Below are positions 59,957 through 64,000 of a stretch of DNA of 64,000 bases, piece by piece (within the stretch, counting starts at the first letter, position 1; each line of letters begins with the position of its first letter). Origin of the DNA: Bacteroidetes bacterium UBA2664 (GTDB lineage Bacteria > Bacteroidota > Rhodothermia > Balneolales > Balneolaceae); NCBI GenBank assembly GCA_002359315.1, contig DEMS01000032.1, positions 2,438 to 66,437 on the forward strand, given 5' to 3'. Under the pieces are notes generated by a model, which saw only the letters and a list, made by a program, of their open reading frames with translations, was not told the origin of the DNA and made no database searches. The position numbers were made by a program, and so were the translations under genes.

Positions 59957-60370
59957 TCAGGAAGAACAGGAAGGACAACTCCCGGTTATCACAAAATTGC
60001 CGTTGGATGGAGTAAAATTTTCGGGCAGATCGTAGTTAGGAATGCCAAGATGTGGAAAACAAAATGTTTGTTCACAGGAGAAACAATAAAAATGAACGTG
60101 CACATCATCCGGGTACGAACAGGTACAGTTTTCAGAACAAAGGGCATATTTAGTTATCCCACTTGCATCGTTTATTTGATGCACCAAACCATGTTCTAAG
60201 AATGTTTTTAAGGTACGATAAAGCGTTGTCCGATCTGCATGGGTAAACTTTTCTTCAAGATCTGATAGGCTTATTACCGACTTAGTTTCAGCCATGAAAA
60301 GAAGAATCCGCATGCGCATAGCGGTCGGTTGTATATCTCTGCTCTGCAATCTTTTTTCATGAATAGTCAT
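59957..60370 (-). CDS. Fur-family regulator
   Basis: TLYRTLK.F, HVHFYC..C, CPSC. Confidence 0.9.
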   Translation of the reverse strand: MTIHEKRLQSRDIQPTAMRMRILLFMAETKSVISLSDLEEKFTHADRTTLYRTLKTFLEHGLVHQINDASGITKYALCSENCTCSYPDDVHVHFYCFSCEQTFCFPHLGIPNYDLPENFTPSNGNFVITGSCPSCSS

Positions 60371-60574
60371 CTTTATTGAAATAATATTCGTTGATTAATG
60401 TGTACAAGTAATATTTATACAAAGGGCGAATCGCCGGTATAAATCATATCAATTCTATGATAAACTACCACTAAAATCTTTGAAACTCATATTTGGTAAT
60501 TTTGACATAAATATATGGGTTCGGGGCAGTTATCTTTCGTTTCCAAAATTCTAAATAAGTGAAAGATTGGCAAG

Positions 60575-61500
60575 CTATAACACATTGACCATTTCCTGAT
60601 TTACTGATTCGGATTGCTTTTTAATACTCCGAAATCCCAACAAAAAAAGAAGAGGCAAAATTGCAGAGGGGATCTGTTGAGGAATAAATGACCAGCTTAG
60701 GAGAAAGAGCAGAAAAATAGCTGCATATAGTACCAAAAACACTTTATAATTTTCTGAAAGTCGTTTTCTGCCCATAAAAGAAAATATAAAGGCCGACAAA
60801 GCCGGGGCAGACCACACTATATTCCAATTCCATTTGGTTGAGGGATACGAAGAAAAAAACCACAAAAAAATGATCAACACTCCAATCAACCCAATTATCC
60901 CGAATAACAGACGGTCGAACCAAAACCAGAATGTGTGATTAGTTCTATAGAAAAACCCGGCAAGCAGGCTTGTAATCAGCAAAAACCAAAAGCTTAAAGT
61001 GGGGCTTACTCTCGCAGGACTAATGACAGACCGTTTCTGAGGAGCATAAAATCTCTGCTCTGAAACCAAGGCAAGACTTGTATCAGCTTGCTGTATCCGA
61101 GCGTGTGAAAATCCCTCTTTTAACAGGTCGGGTAAGAACAGCGTTTCCGACTCGGGTGGGTTGCGGTCGGCGGGAGTACCCAACAGCAAGTTAATCCCAA
61201 ATTTTACCCAGGAAACGGATTTCACGTAGGGATTAATAAACTGCCGAAAACTATTCTTTGCCGAATTTTGCGGCTCTTGAAAATGGATTGAATCCCCAGC
61301 TACTGCCTTGACAGCCTCATAGATCCGGGTGGTACAGTTATCATAGAAGAACTCATAGGAATAATATCGATTTTCGGGCCGGGCGTTATTCTCCAAAAAA
61401 TCATACAAGCGTTTGGTTTGATTCTCTGTTAGATTTAATCGCTGTTCAGTAATAATGCGGCCGTCATTCAAATATGCTTTTTTTGCATTCTCAAACTTGT
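60575..61500 (-). pseudogene. C-terminal fragment of Lnb/DUF4105-like membrane protein
   Basis: EQRLNL, Y.YEFFYDNCTTR, FLPD; N-terminus missing, frame runs into the czcA fragment. Confidence 0.7.
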
Positions 61501-61830
61501 TCCCAGCTGCCGGGGCAGGTAGGTTCCCATGTTTTCCTCAAAAACAATGGTTACAATGGAAAGCCCAAGTTTGGACACCGATCGCATCTCCACCACACCG
61601 GGGAGGTTGGCCATAGCCAGTTCCACCGGAAATGTGATGAATTGTTCGACTTCCTGCGTAGCCAAATTTGGTGAAGTGGTGATGACACGAACCTGATTGT
61701 TGGTAATATCCGGCACGGCATCAATCGAAACTTGTGTAAGTGAATAGGTACCCCACGCAGCTAAAGCGATCGTCAATAGACCAATGATCAGCTTATTACG
61801 CACAGAGTAGCGAATGATTTTATTAATCAT
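61468..61830 (-). pseudogene. Truncated second czcA (first ~110 aa only)
   Basis: DAVPDITNNQV...TYLPRQL then unrelated sequence. Confidence 0.85.
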
Positions 61831-61951
61831 ATCTGAGTGATATAGAAATTGTGAGTTTGATAGATGAAATAAATTAAATCAGGCGTAGGTTTCCCTGAGA
61901 TCAATTTTTTATATAAGAGAGGGACAGATAAAGCTCTGCCAAAAAGGGTAT

Positions 61952-62392
61952 TTAAATGAGGAGGCGGGTAATTTGGAGCGATTGATGCATTACCGGAGGT
62001 GGTAAAGGATGCTCCTGAAGAGTAACAGTACTCTGTTTTTGTTTAGAAAGGAGATTGAATTCGAATCCTTCATTTTCGTAGCTCAGCGGAAGATCAAAAT
62101 CGGTATCCTGCTTTTTATAAGTCAGCGCCAGATCATCAAAACAGCATGAATTGTGAAAAGAATGGGCATCGTTCTCCTCATCCATCAGGTGAAATCCATC
62201 GGCATCTTCATGGTGATCAACCACCAATTCAAAGCACCCTTCATCTGCATTGAACACGGAGTAGATGGAATGGGAATCTGCAAAACCCAGAATTTTAACC
62301 GGAAGCACAATTGCCATCAGCAGCCATGAAAGGATAAACCCTCCTGTGGAGAATACGTAAAATACAGAGATGTATTTGCGGATAAAATTCAT
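61952..62392 (-). CDS. Hypothetical His-rich protein upstream of truncated czcA
   Basis: Paralog of 59448..59879. Confidence 0.55.
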   Translation of the reverse strand: MNFIRKYISVFYVFSTGGFILSWLLMAIVLPVKILGFADSHSIYSVFNADEGCFELVVDHHEDADGFHLMDEENDAHSFHNSCCFDDLALTYKKQDTDFDLPLSYENEGFEFNLLSKQKQSTVTLQEHPLPPPVMHQSLQITRLLI

Positions 62393-62530
62393 TGAGAGAA
62401 ATAATATCTATTATTTATCATTCAATCAATGATATATATAAAATGTGAAAATAAAATCAATCTAAAAATTTCCAACTTTTTTACAATAAGCGAATTGGAA
62501 TTATTTGAATCTAACCCCCGTACTTAAGAA

Positions 62531-63706
62531 TCACCGTAAGTTTGTCATCTTCATTTTTAATTTTCTTACAGTAAGATGAGTATATTTTTCCGTCACTTTT
62601 TGGCTTGAATGTCCAGCCATATAGCTTGCTTCAGCTGTATGAAATCCTTTCTCAATCCAAGTAGTAACTGCTTGGTGTCTCATTCCATGTAAAGTACGAG
62701 AGGTAGGAATACCTGCTTCTTTGCAGTAACGCTTAAATTCCCGATACACTCTCATACCACGAACCGGTTGGCCTTTTGTATTTCCACCGGTATAAATAAA
62801 CACATAATCACTGGGGATTATCTTACCACGAATCTTTAAGTACCCATTCAGTTCATTTTTTAATTCATTAATGATGGGGATCAGCCGTTCTTTTCGGCCT
62901 TTGGTGGGTGGTAGGGAAATGTAGCTTAATTCTCCATCTTCATAGATCAGGTTTTCACCTTTCAGTCCGGAGTAGGAAAGTTCAGGATCATAAGCCGCTT
63001 CATGTTTTCGGAGTCCACCATAGAAGTACAATGCCACAATAGGTTTGAACCAATGCTGAACCAATTTAGGGTCAAATTCGGGCAAATCTTTCTTTCTGGA
63101 TAGCTCTTCATCGAATTTCTTAAAAAGAATTCCAAGTTCTTCCTCAGAAATCATTTTAGGCCGGGTATTTTCTCTAATTCGGGGTAGATCCTGTTTCAGC
63201 GCAGGAAAGTAGTCCTTCTCCACAATGTTCTTTTTCAGCAAAAACTTCCACCAAGACCGGAAATGTCGGAAGTAGTAATGCCTTGTAGCTGAAGTAATGC
63301 CCTTTTTGAAGATCACATTCTCAAAATGGTAGCTTAAAACATTGGTTGGGTGTACATCCGATAACTCATTTAATTCCACAAAATGATCTAAAGCTCGCTG
63401 GTAGGCTCCAATGGTTGCCGGAGAGAGGTGGTTTTTTGATTTGTAGAAAAGCTCGATAGATTCGCTCACCGTGTTGCTGTCAGTGGTGTCATCACTGGTG
63501 TTCCTTTGCAAAACCTTCTTAGGATTGAATCCTTTTGAAAAGGGATTGATCTTGCCTAACGAATCCAGTTTTTCGAGTTCGGTTACCATTTTCTGAGCAA
63601 CATCCTTGTGTCGGGTGCCCAATGATTTTCGAACATTCTTTTTACCCAGTTCTTCAGAGTAAAAATTTACATAGTAGTATTTACCGCGCTTGATAAGAAA
63701 TGCCAT
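62531..63706 (-). CDS. int: Tyrosine recombinase (integrase)
   Basis: GLRK.E, TKG, HGMRH, GHSS, KYTH catalytic set; N-terminal arm-binding-like SLGT. Confidence 0.95.
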   Translation of the reverse strand: MAFLIKRGKYYYVNFYSEELGKKNVRKSLGTRHKDVAQKMVTELEKLDSLGKINPFSKGFNPKKVLQRNTSDDTTDSNTVSESIELFYKSKNHLSPATIGAYQRALDHFVELNELSDVHPTNVLSYHFENVIFKKGITSATRHYYFRHFRSWWKFLLKKNIVEKDYFPALKQDLPRIRENTRPKMISEEELGILFKKFDEELSRKKDLPEFDPKLVQHWFKPIVALYFYGGLRKHEAAYDPELSYSGLKGENLIYEDGELSYISLPPTKGRKERLIPIINELKNELNGYLKIRGKIIPSDYVFIYTGGNTKGQPVRGMRVYREFKRYCKEAGIPTSRTLHGMRHQAVTTWIEKGFHTAEASYMAGHSSQKVTEKYTHLTVRKLKMKMTNLR

Positions 63707-63782
63707 AGTAGGTGCCTTCTGAATTAAAGTTCGGTAAGCGAATTCTTAATTCAGTAGCCTTTGCGAGCGCCCATCCCAAAAT

Positions 63783-63876
63783 TGTACATAGTAGTGTACA
63801 TAGTAGTTGGGAAAGTAGGGGAATGAAAGTGTACACTTTCGTTCCTTTGCGTTCGCTTACTTAGTGTAAGTAAATA
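63783..63876. promoter_or_regulatory. Right att arm: TGTACATAG repeats and operator-like palindrome
   Basis: TGTACATAG at 63783 and 63795; CTTACTTAGTGTAAG at 63856-63870. Confidence 0.7.
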
Positions 63877-63900
63877 GGCTTTTTTTTGGCTTAGAAGGGA

Positions 63901-63928
63901 ATTGAGAGGGTTTTTACACCCTCTCAAT
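63901..63928 (-). terminator. Hairpin immediately 3' of the restored tRNA
   Basis: ATTGAGAGGGT-N6-ACCCTCTCAAT perfect 11-bp stem; weak U-tract. Confidence 0.5.
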
Positions 63929-63933
63929 AATTG

Positions 63934-64000
63934 TGGGCCCGGCAGGACTTGAACCTGCGACCAATCGATTATGAGTCGACTGCTCTAACCAACTGAGCTA
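63934..64000 (-). tRNA. tRNA-Ile(CAT, lysidine type), 5' end beyond window; integration site
   Basis: TAGCTCAGTTGGTTAGAGCAGTCGACTCATAATCGATTGGTCGCAGGTTCAAGTCCTGCCGGGCCCA; Ile2 rather than Met inferred from likeness to ileX-type sequences. Confidence 0.85.

Larger units (their letters stand above)
22146..64000. mobile_element. ~41.8-kb integrated element (putative tailless provirus with heavy-metal cargo) in tRNA-Ile(CAT)
   Basis: Identical 68-bp direct repeat at 22146-22213 and 63933-64000; tyrosine integrase at right end; repressor, excisionase-like and replication genes at left end. Confidence 0.92.

Noticed and set aside
22146-64000. Conjugative ICE or tailed prophage interpretation
   Set aside because: No recognisable relaxase, VirB4/TraG, coupling protein, terminase, portal or tail genes; very divergent versions cannot be excluded without profile searches
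63934-64000. Initiator tRNA-fMet call for the CAT anticodon
   Set aside because: No run of three G-C pairs in the anticodon stem; sequence resembles Ile2, though elongator Met is not fully excluded

Overview
Bacterial chromosome window; gene style (MacB-like permease arrays, Bacteroidota-type CzcA-TolC fusion, ArsR-led mer operon, BCCT) suggests Balneolota/Bacteroidota. 1-16.3 kb is ordinary host sequence. 16.3-22.1 kb is a small islet (hydrolase, beta-helix lipoprotein, AbiEi/AbiEii, a paralog pair) bracketed by 119-bp repeats derived from the 3' end of a tRNA. 22.15-64 kb is one ~41.8-kb element integrated in a tRNA-Ile(CAT) gene, with a 68-bp direct repeat visible at both ends and a tyrosine integrase at the right end. 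Its 22-47.6 kb core reads like a tailless, membrane-containing temperate virus. It has a repressor/excisionase switch, a degenerate primase plus helicase and an iteron origin. It also has ten tail-anchored small proteins, most with SGY and/or GLG motifs, a transglutaminase-like enzyme, a RadA-like ATPase and a 2409-aa RelA/SpoT-methyltransferase-SNF2 protein punctuated by RxNP motifs. Further on are putative jelly-roll capsid, vertex and spike genes, an SLT, an M15 endolysin and holin-like genes. I see no terminase, portal, HK97 capsid, tail, T4SS or relaxase. 47.7-62.4 kb is heavy-metal resistance cargo (mer, CDF, czc, broken acr3). All family calls come from motif recognition by eye; fold assignments are inference.
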